Source of the DNA: a virus
Reading direction: 5' to 3' (one strand)
IMG/VR virus record: IMGVR_UViG_3300035703_000021
Location: 64,001-128,000 of that record
Length of the DNA stretch: 64,000 nucleotides
Shown here in pieces: positions 8,221 through 17,482 of this stretch (the stretch's first letter is position 1; the number at the start of each line of letters is the position of its first letter). A model generated the notes under the pieces. It saw nothing but the letters and a program-made list of their open reading frames with translations. It was not told the DNA's origin and did not search any database. Both the position numbers and the translations under genes were made by a program.

Positions 8221-8964
8221 ATGGCCAGAAAATCAACACGGAAACAGCGCCAGCTCGAAGATAACAATCTGCTCTCGTCAGAGAGCACAGCTCCGCAGCC
8301 TAAGTTCCAAGAAAATCGTGTTATTATGCCTCGCAATCCCAACCAGGTGGACGCGATGAGATACCTACGCACGAGAACTCTCACGCTTCTCTCCGGGCCT
8401 CCTGGCACCGCTAAGACCCTTCTTGCTACCTACGTAGCCTGCGAGAAGATGCAGAAGCGCGAGATCGACAAAATCTACTACGTGAAGCCCGTTGTCAACG
8501 TCCCCGGTGAGCAGGGCCTCGGCTTCCTACCTGGCAACCTAGATGAGAAGATCGCTCCGCACATCAGCCCGATCCGCGACTCGTTGGAGGTGTTCATGCC
8601 CAAAGGCAAGGCCGAGTACCTCCTCTCAAAGAAGCACATCGAGTTTCTCCCCATCGAGCACCTCAGGGGGCGTTCGCTCCACCGCTGCATGATCATCGCC
8701 GACGAGATGCAGAACGCCACCACTCATAGCGTCATGACCATTCTCACCCGTCTCGGAGACGGATCGAGCGTGGCGGTACTGGGCGACGTAGTCCAGCGTG
8801 ACCTGGCCAACCGATTTGGCGGAGATGGCCTATCCGACGCCCTCAATCGCCTTCGCTTCCTTCCTGACGTCGGGCATGTTGAGTTCGGGTTTGATGACAT
8901 TGTTCGTTCGGAGTTTGTTCAGTCGGTGATCAGAGCGTACTCCGATCTCTACCAGTCAAAATAG
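8221..8964 (+). CDS. phoH: PhoH family ATPase
   Basis: GPPGTAKT, LGFLPGNLDEK, HLRGRSL, IIADEMQN, ILTRLG, GDVVQRD, DIVRS motifs; ATG 8221 preferred over the GTG at 8152, which lies inside the structured leader. Confidence 0.95.
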   Translation: MARKSTRKQRQLEDNNLLSSESTAPQPKFQENRVIMPRNPNQVDAMRYLRTRTLTLLSGPPGTAKTLLATYVACEKMQKREIDKIYYVKPVVNVPGEQGLGFLPGNLDEKIAPHISPIRDSLEVFMPKGKAEYLLSKKHIEFLPIEHLRGRSLHRCMIIADEMQNATTHSVMTILTRLGDGSSVAVLGDVVQRDLANRFGGDGLSDALNRLRFLPDVGHVEFGFDDIVRSEFVQSVIRAYSDLYQSK

Positions 8965-8985
8965 TATCGAGACCTTACTCGACGA

Positions 8986-8993
8986 GTTGAAAG
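8986..8993 (+). promoter_or_regulatory. Late-type element GTTGAAAG
   Basis: 39 nt upstream of ATG 9025. Confidence 0.6.
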
Positions 8994-9024
8994 CTTAATA
9001 TAATAGAGATGTTGTGTTAAACCC

Positions 9025-12000
9025 ATGGCCACAAAAATAAGTGGAAGTTTTAATCTTTCAGGTCAGTCACTAATCAGTGCACTTAGAAAGAGGGCGGGTA
9101 GACGCGAAGGCAATTCTAATTTCATAGGACTGCAGCGTTCCCTGGCGTTATCGGATGTTAACGATCCGACAAAGTCGCTGAACAACGTTCTCGACAAGAT
9201 CAGCCTTCTGCTTTCCGCGGAGCGTAATCAATACGGTTCCGGATTCAACGCCGTGGACTGGGACGTAACACGCGATTTCATAAACGAGAGGATCGACAAG
9301 GCGTTCCTCAGCCGCTTGGCCAACGCCTCCATCGGGGGCGGAAGTCTCGGTAGCACGGTGTCCATAACACCGAGAATAAGGATCCAGGACAGACTGAACT
9401 TCCTTAACTCGTTCTATGGTGAGGGGAGCTTTGCTGGGCTGCACAGCGGCCCAGACGCTCAGTTCTACAAGGCTCCAACACCCCTCCATATAGGGTTTAT
9501 CAAGTTCTCATTTAATGAGATCACCGGCTCCATGACTGTTACCGAGCTCAAGGGACCCGATGGCACCTCCGATATTACCGCCTCGAGCGTGCTTGGATCG
9601 GAGTCAGTGGTAGTGCTCGATCTCTCGCAGTACAGCAGCACCGGTTTTGAGGTGGATCTTGAGGGGCTAGGGATATCCGCCAGGCTACAGTCCCCGTCAA
9701 CCTGGACCGTGGAGGGTGATTCTGCCCTTGAAAAACTAAATAAGATCAAACTAGCGGTAGGAGGAGCGGGAACTTTCGCCACTCTCAGATTCAGGCTGGT
9801 GAGACCCTACTCGTTCCTCAACGCGCCGAGATGGTTCTACGAGTCCCCCTCGGTTTCGTCGGAGAGCGTGGCCGAAAGCGCCGACGATCTGAACCCAACC
9901 ACATCCCCCCGGGTACTCAAAAACGACAACGGCACCATTGTTCCTTTCGTGCAGAAGGGCTACTGGTACAGTCGTGGGTACGTTGAGACCAGATGGTCGC
10001 CAACGGAACTGTCCCTCGTTACAAACAACGGTGCCAATCCCTCTACTGTGGTGGAGGACTCCAATATGAGATGGCAGGAGCCTCCGTCGAAGCTTCGCAC
10101 TCAGACATACAACTGGGGGGTTAGGTGGGACGGATTTTTGCGCGTCACTGAGGGTACATACGCCTTCGAGATTCAGACAAACGCGCAGGTGAAGATCGAC
10201 ATGGCCATCGCCTCTGGTGGTGGCTGGGGGAACGTGTTCAACACTTCCACCGCCCCTAAGCAGGGAGACCAACTGTACATCTCATCGAGTACTTTTAATA
10301 CGTCGGCGTTGGATGACAGGTATAAGTATTTTCAGGCTACGGGCTGGGTGGCGTACGTTCCCATTACGATAAGAATGTACCACGGCGGCCCGGACAAGGT
10401 CCAGCCTGAGGAGGTGATCTCGCCTGAGCCCAACCTATTCATCAAGACCACGTCGCTCCCGTCTACTAAGACTTTCTACAGCAGAGACTACTCGGTGACG
10501 CTCGCGGGAACCGACGGCGCTTGGACTCTTACCAGTTCCAACCTTGCCGCTCTCATCTCCATCCTGCAGGACGCGAATGCTTCCGTGTCCTACTCATTGA
10601 CCGCTCTGGGGACCCAGGTGCTCGCGACCCCATTGGCTATCTCGCTGACAACCAACGGCACCACTGTCAGCAGCGCGACGACAGGACTCGCCGCCGGAAC
10701 TTACACTCTCGCAATCAGACCTAACCGCCCTACGGAGTTCAACGCGAACCTGTACGCCCTGTGGAAGGGTCGTATAGCGTCCCCTCAGTCCACTCATAAG
10801 AGTTACGCGGATTTGATCGATGGCTCATTTACTCCCGATATTCAGAAGATCGCCTTTGACTCTAGGCCGGAGTGGTGGAAAGTGAGTGAAGGCCACTCCT
10901 ACAACAACCAGCAGTTGCCTTCGTCGAGCAACGACCCTCTGGACGGATTCGTACGTAATTCATTTAAGAGCGTTCTGAAGTCAGACGCGCCAGGCGTCGG
11001 GCTTTACGGAAACGGAGGCAGCCCAGTCACGTATACCTCGCGCCCGAATATGATCCTGGGCGAGGCTCGGTTTGGTGTTACAGATACGTTAGGGTCCAAT
11101 TACATCGGTGTTCGGATCGTTCCTAATCTTCTCGGGGAGGGCGGAAAGTTCACTATTAACGCTCTGCCTGTTAATAATGCTACCTTTACCGACTCAACGC
11201 TTCTGGGCCAGAATGACCTTGGAGGTGGCTCTAATCACCTTACTTTCGCGGGGGATAAGCTTAATCCTAGGGTGATGCAGGTCTACCTATGGACCAACCC
11301 GACCATACCTTCAACTTCTACGTACAATAAGTACTTTCTTCACATCAATCTTACTAACGTAACGCAGTCAGATAACCCAGTTACTTACGGACTACCACCA
11401 TTCAGCAGCAATGAGTGGTTGTCTCCTATCACGATCATGGGCACCAGAGTGGCTAGTGATTCGGCATTTACAACGCCGTCGAATTTTGTCTCGCCCCTAC
11501 CTCTCACGGCGGAGAAGATCACTCTTGGAGCGTACGATCTTCTAGCGTTCTCCGTGAATCTTTCGTCTATCCTCGTCGGTGGTGGAGAGGTGAATCAATT
11601 TTCAGGTAAGTACCTTCAGTTTTTCACTGAAGACGACCTTGCGTTCCAGTACTCCAGAGTGGATACAGGGGAGTCGCTTTCGTTCGCTGACGTTCTAAAG
11701 CTAACTTACACGGGCACTGCACCTAACTACGTATTTCAAGGAGCGAGCAGCGAGATCCCCAGACCACCATCCGACCGCGTTACTCCGTTTGGATTCGATA
11801 AATCTCAATTCAGCACCGGACTGTGCTATCCTCCATACAGTATCGGCAATCCGCTGCTCAGTAGCGTTGCGATAGAGGACACTCCTCTGTACACAACTCC
11901 CAGCGGCAATTACGACGTGTTCTGGGGAGATCCTACCAAGTCGGGTCTGGGAGGTAATACCCTAACACTTACGGAGAAGATCGAGTTTCAGAGCGCCGAC

Positions 12001-12174
12001 GCCACGGGCATCGAAACGCTCAGCTCTCCTCCGACCGTGCTGTACTCCCAGTACACTCACAGACTGAAGATAGACTCCCCGCTCCAGGGTTCCTTCGACG
12101 AGGACGTGCTGGAGCACATCGGCAACGGTGAGAAGGTTAAGGAGTCCTACTACGCCTACGTTCAGCTGGCCTAA
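9025..12174 (+). CDS. Large virion structural protein with PA14-like domain
   Basis: 1049 aa, Ser/Thr/Gly-rich; YNWGVRWDGFLRVTEGTYAFEIQTNAQVKI..YVPITIRMY resembles PA14; N-terminal GL...ALSDV....SLNNV fibre motif. Confidence 0.6.
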   Translation: MATKISGSFNLSGQSLISALRKRAGRREGNSNFIGLQRSLALSDVNDPTKSLNNVLDKISLLLSAERNQYGSGFNAVDWDVTRDFINERIDKAFLSRLANASIGGGSLGSTVSITPRIRIQDRLNFLNSFYGEGSFAGLHSGPDAQFYKAPTPLHIGFIKFSFNEITGSMTVTELKGPDGTSDITASSVLGSESVVVLDLSQYSSTGFEVDLEGLGISARLQSPSTWTVEGDSALEKLNKIKLAVGGAGTFATLRFRLVRPYSFLNAPRWFYESPSVSSESVAESADDLNPTTSPRVLKNDNGTIVPFVQKGYWYSRGYVETRWSPTELSLVTNNGANPSTVVEDSNMRWQEPPSKLRTQTYNWGVRWDGFLRVTEGTYAFEIQTNAQVKIDMAIASGGGWGNVFNTSTAPKQGDQLYISSSTFNTSALDDRYKYFQATGWVAYVPITIRMYHGGPDKVQPEEVISPEPNLFIKTTSLPSTKTFYSRDYSVTLAGTDGAWTLTSSNLAALISILQDANASVSYSLTALGTQVLATPLAISLTTNGTTVSSATTGLAAGTYTLAIRPNRPTEFNANLYALWKGRIASPQSTHKSYADLIDGSFTPDIQKIAFDSRPEWWKVSEGHSYNNQQLPSSSNDPLDGFVRNSFKSVLKSDAPGVGLYGNGGSPVTYTSRPNMILGEARFGVTDTLGSNYIGVRIVPNLLGEGGKFTINALPVNNATFTDSTLLGQNDLGGGSNHLTFAGDKLNPRVMQVYLWTNPTIPSTSTYNKYFLHINLTNVTQSDNPVTYGLPPFSSNEWLSPITIMGTRVASDSAFTTPSNFVSPLPLTAEKITLGAYDLLAFSVNLSSILVGGGEVNQFSGKYLQFFTEDDLAFQYSRVDTGESLSFADVLKLTYTGTAPNYVFQGASSEIPRPPSDRVTPFGFDKSQFSTGLCYPPYSIGNPLLSSVAIEDTPLYTTPSGNYDVFWGDPTKSGLGGNTLTLTEKIEFQSADATGIETLSSPPTVLYSQYTHRLKIDSPLQGSFDEDVLEHIGNGEKVKESYYAYVQLA

Positions 12175-13844
12175 ATGGCCAGCATTTTCGCATCCTTGAT
12201 TGTCGTACCTTCCATATAGGAGAAGAGAGGCCACAGTTTCAGTTGAGCCGTCAGGCTGTCCACTGTCAGGGTCCTGTGGAACACGAATCCACCGGCCCCG
12301 GCCGTTGAGGATATATTCTGGATCAGAGTGGAGATCTGCGTATTGAATCCTCTGATTGAGGCTGTGGTTAACGGCTCACCTGGCTTATAGTAGGATGCAC
12401 TTACGGAGTACTTGTAGGCTCCGGATTCCGCCAGCGCGGCTCCGGAGATGTTATAAATTGCCGGACTGAGATACAACCTGCCGTTCTGGCTCATGAACGC
12501 CTTGTCGTCGGAACTGAATGCTCTCTGATACTTCTCTCCGGTCCACAGCCAGATTCCTGGCACGGCCTGACCGCTAAGAGTGACCTGACCGGGTTGGCTA
12601 AGTGAGGCCAGAGCGAAGAAGTCTACGGACGACTGGTCCAGCACTCCGTCCGGGTCCCTGAACACCATTCTGTGTTCCGTGGAGATATTTCGTCCTTCGA
12701 TGATATTGTACTTAGAACCCAAGTTGTTTGTCTTGTCAAATTCCGTCTTCTGCACACGTTTGTTCTGAATGAAGTACTTGAATCCGTCCCTTAGCGTCTC
12801 AGTGGCGCCTGAGAGGTTTCTTAGGCTGCCGCTAATGTCCTCGGCGGACTCGTAACCGTCTTCGTACGACCAGAAGAAGGACCGACCGTTGAGATTGTAG
12901 AGCTGGATCAGGTTATCTGATGAGATCTGGTCCTGTCTCTTGAGTACAAGGGAGGGTGATGGAGCCGGGTTTATAACCTGCGCGGTGTCGTAGGCCAGGC
13001 CAAGATACACGTACTTGGAAGTTTTGTCGTCGAATAGGAAGAACCCATCCCTGTCCGCGAACTTCACTCGGTAGGTGTACCTCTCGTTCTTTAGCAAGGC
13101 TTTTGTGGACACCTCACCGTTGGCGTAGCTATCATGATACAGGGCGTTACCGGAGTAGTTAAAGCACTTATCCTCGGCCGGGTCTTCGTAGGATTCGCAC
13201 GACGGTAGAAGCTCTAGGGCCTCACCGGCTATGTACTTACTACCGCCCGAGACTATATCGAAGGTGGAGGTGCGGCTTATGGTCCCGTCGGAGTTAACCG
13301 TAACAGTCACCACCGCGTCCTTAGATCCAGACTCCCTACCCACTACGCGGGCATTGACTGTTGCCGGGAGGGTCACAGCCACGCCATTGGCGTCTTTCAC
13401 GGAGTACTGCTCGCCCGAACCGAGCACACTAACAGCGACGATGGAGCCATTGACTGAGGACTTAATTGGAGCACCAACGCTTAGCTCAGCACCACTACGT
13501 AGATCCAGAGCTACGGGGAATTTATCAAACCAGACTCTGTTCTCGTCGGAGAACGTGTACAGCGCTTGCACTAGGCTATCGGCCCCGCTTCCCAGCTTTC
13601 CCTGCGTGATGAATTTGGTTCTGAGCGACACGACTCCCGCGGAGTCTGCCAGAGGTTCGTTGATAAGCCCGTAGATCTGATTGTCGGACTGCGTGCTTGG
13701 GGAGTACACAGCGGACTCCAATCTGCTCGCGAACGCGAACAGCAGAAGATCCTGGTGTACCTGCGGAGCGTATAGCTTCTGGAGCGCGTCCGTGGCATTC
13801 AAGCCCGCCTCGGATAGGTTATTTCTGGTATAGAGTCCTGACAT
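12171..13844 (-). CDS. Virion structural protein (baseplate/fibre)
   Basis: 557 aa; GLYTRNNLSE...ALQKL N-terminus, SGGSKY repeat motif; in an operon of structural genes. Confidence 0.55.
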   Translation of the reverse strand: MSGLYTRNNLSEAGLNATDALQKLYAPQVHQDLLLFAFASRLESAVYSPSTQSDNQIYGLINEPLADSAGVVSLRTKFITQGKLGSGADSLVQALYTFSDENRVWFDKFPVALDLRSGAELSVGAPIKSSVNGSIVAVSVLGSGEQYSVKDANGVAVTLPATVNARVVGRESGSKDAVVTVTVNSDGTISRTSTFDIVSGGSKYIAGEALELLPSCESYEDPAEDKCFNYSGNALYHDSYANGEVSTKALLKNERYTYRVKFADRDGFFLFDDKTSKYVYLGLAYDTAQVINPAPSPSLVLKRQDQISSDNLIQLYNLNGRSFFWSYEDGYESAEDISGSLRNLSGATETLRDGFKYFIQNKRVQKTEFDKTNNLGSKYNIIEGRNISTEHRMVFRDPDGVLDQSSVDFFALASLSQPGQVTLSGQAVPGIWLWTGEKYQRAFSSDDKAFMSQNGRLYLSPAIYNISGAALAESGAYKYSVSASYYKPGEPLTTASIRGFNTQISTLIQNISSTAGAGGFVFHRTLTVDSLTAQLKLWPLFSYMEGTTIKDAKMLAI

Positions 13845-13853
13845 AGTGATCTT

Positions 13854-16800
13854 TTAGTTGAGTCTTAGGATCTGGTTGGAAGCGTTTCTCCAGCAGATTC
13901 CGCTGATGCCGGATGGGCAGGAGGCGAGGGAGGTTAGGCCCGAGTCCGTGATCGACTGGTTTCGAGTCGTAACAACCTCGTAAGTTGTTGATACTGTCGT
14001 CGGGGATGTAAGTGGGGCCACGTAGGTAAATCCCATATCAAACCTGATGCCGGACAGGTTTCTGAACTTAGTGCCCAGTGGGCTCTCAGTTACTATCTGT
14101 GTTTTGTTCCTCTGTATCTTGTGATAAGCTCCGTTCACGAAGGCTCCTGGAACCTGCCTTGTTGTCGTACCGGCAGCCACCAGCTTGGTTTCGGAAGCAC
14201 CGGCTTCATTTGTAACGGTGACCTGATTGAATACGTCAAGTGTCTCCGATCTGAAAAGCGAAGTAACCACGTCCGGGCCGGGGGCAACTGTGGTGGGAAA
14301 GATCTCCTGCTGCGTATAGTTAGAGTACTTGCCAGCCGAAGAGAGCTTGTTTCCCGAGAGTCTCACTAAGCAGTTAGTGAATCTCCGCAGTTTATCTATA
14401 TCAACAACCTGGGATATGAGTCTCTGCACCACGGAGACGGGAAGGTTGTTCTCTGACAGATCCACGGTTATCTTCCTGGAGCCACCAGAGAAGATTTTTG
14501 ATAGCGTCGAGGAAGAGCAGTCCGTGAGCATATTCCTACCAAAATCCACCGCGGAGTACGAGTCGTCAGCCACCTTGCCGAATCCGTTTCTGATATCCAG
14601 AGTCCCAGAGAGCCTGCAGTTTCTTGCTCTGAACCTCGATACTTCCGAGAACCCTGACTTGAACCACCCGGAGATGTCAACAGTATTTCTGGTGAATACG
14701 AGAGTGCTGGATAGCGGATCAGGAATATTGCTGCTGATGGTCACGGTTGTATCTGTCACCGAGAGCACTCTGGCCAGCTCCGGCCCCGTGGCACTGGCCC
14801 TCACGGAGTCATTTACCAGCACCTTCTGCCTCATCGCTGAGCCACCGGTCAGTGTGAATACGGCATCATCCGGATCGGCGCTCGAGGCCGGAATAGCTCT
14901 GGAGATGCTCAGGCCACTTACCGACGTGCCCGAATGCGAACCGGATACGCAAGCGTCTCTCAACTCCGGTACTCCCCAGTCGCTTCTGTAAACACTCTCA
15001 AGGCAGTTATTCACATCCACCACCTGAACTTCCGTAGTTGATGTGCCCTCGAAATCGGGAGGAAGGGCCCCTCCGTTCTCCGCGTTGCAACTCCAGGCGA
15101 CTACGGAAACGATATCGCGGGCAAAGTAGAAATTGGACGGGGCGATAGACAGCGTTCTGAGGTCGTAGAAATCCGACCGGTTAATGTCCACTCCGATCTG
15201 CTTTCTGTCCGTCTCGTAAAGTCTCGTGGTTGGGAAGATGGGGAATCTTCCGGTCAGTCTACTGGCCACAGATTCAAATGATGTCAGGCTGTACAGATTC
15301 TTCAAGTCGTTCTTCCTGAATCTATATGCCGGACCGAAGTACCCTATCGAGAATCCTGTGAGCTTGTGCTCGGCTCCTAAAGCCCGGTCGGGAGCAAAAT
15401 TACCGGGAAGAAGGAAGCTTACACCGTTATCCACAATCGCGGACAGACTATTGCATCTCCCAATGCTTATAGCGACGAGGTTTCCGGTCTCAGTGGCCGG
15501 ATTACTACCGAGCGAGGGCATGACCCCCGTGGTGTTAGATTCGTACAGGTAGAGACCCGTTAGCTTCGGTGCCCTGAGAGCCGAGGACACATTGTCGAAC
15601 TTAGCGCCGCCGGAGAACGACGCGTCAAGAGACGTAAGAGAACTCCACTGTCCGGACTGAAGATTGATTGAGACACCCGTTCTGTTGATATCGATGGAGA
15701 CGGTGTTCAGCAGCCAAGTGCTCCAGCTGGTGTCCGATGGGTTATTGATGTAACCAACGATATTGTGATGCTGCCCGTACCTTCCTCCAACATTAAATGA
15801 TCTCATCAAGTACCGTGATACGTGATTACTGTTGGTATGGTCGGCTGAAGTTCCGACGTTCGAGATATTCCCCTCCGCCCCTGAGCCGTAGATGTTGTAA
15901 TCGATCAGAAAGCCGTTATTTTTGATCCTAGGAAGACTACCGAACAGGTATCTGTAAAGCCGGTCTGGATCGAAGTTAGACCAGTCAAGAGACCTCAGAT
16001 TCGGGAACACATCGTCGAATCTAGGGCTTCTGCCATAGAATCGGTCCCCTAGCCTAAGTGACTCCATCGCTGAGAACTCCCTGAAGTCGGTTCCAGCGAC
16101 CCGGCTCTCGTTGCGAATGTACTTTCTGAATATCGGATCCGACCAGTCATTGCCGTCCTCGTTGAGGAATACGCCTTTCTTAGGAACGGTTAAGTAGCTG
16201 ATTCCGGTGTACAGCTGGCCAAACCCAGTTGCAACTGCCGAGGAATCTCGTATATCAAACCATCCCATCGGCCCGCTTCTCCAGACGTCTCCGGAGTTGC
16301 CTAGATCCAGGACTCTCAGCTTATTCTTTAGGGTCTTAAGCCACAGCGGAAGGATCGTTATCGATCCCTCGGACATTCTAAAGACCTCGAGGTTGTTAAA
16401 TCCAATGAGTCCTAAGTCCTTGCGATCGGGGAACTCCTTCACGTCTATGCCGGAAAACTCCAGCCCCTTAACCTTCTCGGGGTTTACGTAGATGTACAGG
16501 TACAGATCGTAGAGATTCTGGTATCCGGTTTTTGTGATGTCTAGGTTCAGAGTGTATGTCAGCGATCCCTCTTGCTGACTTGCCGACGAAACCGGCAGGA
16601 ACTCCACCGGCGCGGCGTTAGGACGGGCTTGGGCCGGCTGGATCTGGAATCCGTAGAAGTACGGAGCGTTAGCGTCGGTAAACGTAAACGTGATAGAGCC
16701 TGTGGCCATACGGCAGAATATTCTCAGTGGCGTATTCTTGGTGGCCAAAAGCCTAACGGGTGCGCTTGTTCCCGTGTTGCCGTTATCTATGTCAACTCTG

Positions 16801-17444
16801 AGCGCGTGGGTGGGGGACTCAGCAACATCGGACTTCTTGAGAAAGTTTGTCTTGGGGATGAAGATTCGATTAACATGCGAGCGTTTACGAACTCTAATGC
16901 TCCCCGAGTACTTCGCGCTCTTAAAATACCCAACGTTGGTCGTATCCATCTCGGCGTTGAACAGGCTAGCGCGGGATGTGGACATCGCTACGGTTTGCCT
17001 TACAGGACTACCGAATAGGCTTTCGCCGATCGTGTTCGCCTTGTAATTAACTCCCTCGCACTGCAGGGATCCGTTATAAATGATTACGTTGGAGGTTTTC
17101 ACCTGGGGCGAACCCACCCCACCGAGCGGATACTCGGGGGAGTAAAAGTCCTTATTAACGTACAAGCTCGTGGGTATTCTGTCTAAGAATACCTCCGTAA
17201 GCTGGTTCAGCGACGGAAGAAGCAACTTTTCCAGGCCAGAAGCCGATCTCAGGTCCTCTGCGGAATTGAGTTTTGTGTGAAGTCCGTACAGCGAATCGAG
17301 AATCTCAGGTTTGATCTGAATGTTTCTCAGAGCGCTTCGCTTATCTGACTCAAAAATCTCCGACAGGTTCTGAAAGCTATCGGAGATAAGGCCGATACTC
17401 GGTCTAGAAAACTGCCCAAAACCTAGAAAAGATGACTCACTCAT
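13854..17444 (-). CDS. Leucine-rich-repeat-containing virion protein
   Basis: 1196 aa; repeated LxxLxL units (LRVLDLGN, LRSLDWSN, LTSLDASF, LTGLYLYE, VDLSENNL). Confidence 0.6.
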   Translation of the reverse strand: MSESSFLGFGQFSRPSIGLISDSFQNLSEIFESDKRSALRNIQIKPEILDSLYGLHTKLNSAEDLRSASGLEKLLLPSLNQLTEVFLDRIPTSLYVNKDFYSPEYPLGGVGSPQVKTSNVIIYNGSLQCEGVNYKANTIGESLFGSPVRQTVAMSTSRASLFNAEMDTTNVGYFKSAKYSGSIRVRKRSHVNRIFIPKTNFLKKSDVAESPTHALRVDIDNGNTGTSAPVRLLATKNTPLRIFCRMATGSITFTFTDANAPYFYGFQIQPAQARPNAAPVEFLPVSSASQQEGSLTYTLNLDITKTGYQNLYDLYLYIYVNPEKVKGLEFSGIDVKEFPDRKDLGLIGFNNLEVFRMSEGSITILPLWLKTLKNKLRVLDLGNSGDVWRSGPMGWFDIRDSSAVATGFGQLYTGISYLTVPKKGVFLNEDGNDWSDPIFRKYIRNESRVAGTDFREFSAMESLRLGDRFYGRSPRFDDVFPNLRSLDWSNFDPDRLYRYLFGSLPRIKNNGFLIDYNIYGSGAEGNISNVGTSADHTNSNHVSRYLMRSFNVGGRYGQHHNIVGYINNPSDTSWSTWLLNTVSIDINRTGVSINLQSGQWSSLTSLDASFSGGAKFDNVSSALRAPKLTGLYLYESNTTGVMPSLGSNPATETGNLVAISIGRCNSLSAIVDNGVSFLLPGNFAPDRALGAEHKLTGFSIGYFGPAYRFRKNDLKNLYSLTSFESVASRLTGRFPIFPTTRLYETDRKQIGVDINRSDFYDLRTLSIAPSNFYFARDIVSVVAWSCNAENGGALPPDFEGTSTTEVQVVDVNNCLESVYRSDWGVPELRDACVSGSHSGTSVSGLSISRAIPASSADPDDAVFTLTGGSAMRQKVLVNDSVRASATGPELARVLSVTDTTVTISSNIPDPLSSTLVFTRNTVDISGWFKSGFSEVSRFRARNCRLSGTLDIRNGFGKVADDSYSAVDFGRNMLTDCSSSTLSKIFSGGSRKITVDLSENNLPVSVVQRLISQVVDIDKLRRFTNCLVRLSGNKLSSAGKYSNYTQQEIFPTTVAPGPDVVTSLFRSETLDVFNQVTVTNEAGASETKLVAAGTTTRQVPGAFVNGAYHKIQRNKTQIVTESPLGTKFRNLSGIRFDMGFTYVAPLTSPTTVSTTYEVVTTRNQSITDSGLTSLASCPSGISGICWRNASNQILRLN

Positions 17445-17469
17445 CTGCTTGTATTCCGTTACTAGTTAA

Positions 17470-17477
17470 CTTTCAAC
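17470..17477 (-). promoter_or_regulatory. Late-type element GTTGAAAG
   Basis: 33 nt upstream of ATG 17444, in a 38-nt intergenic gap. Confidence 0.65.
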
Positions 17478-17482
17478 AAGAC

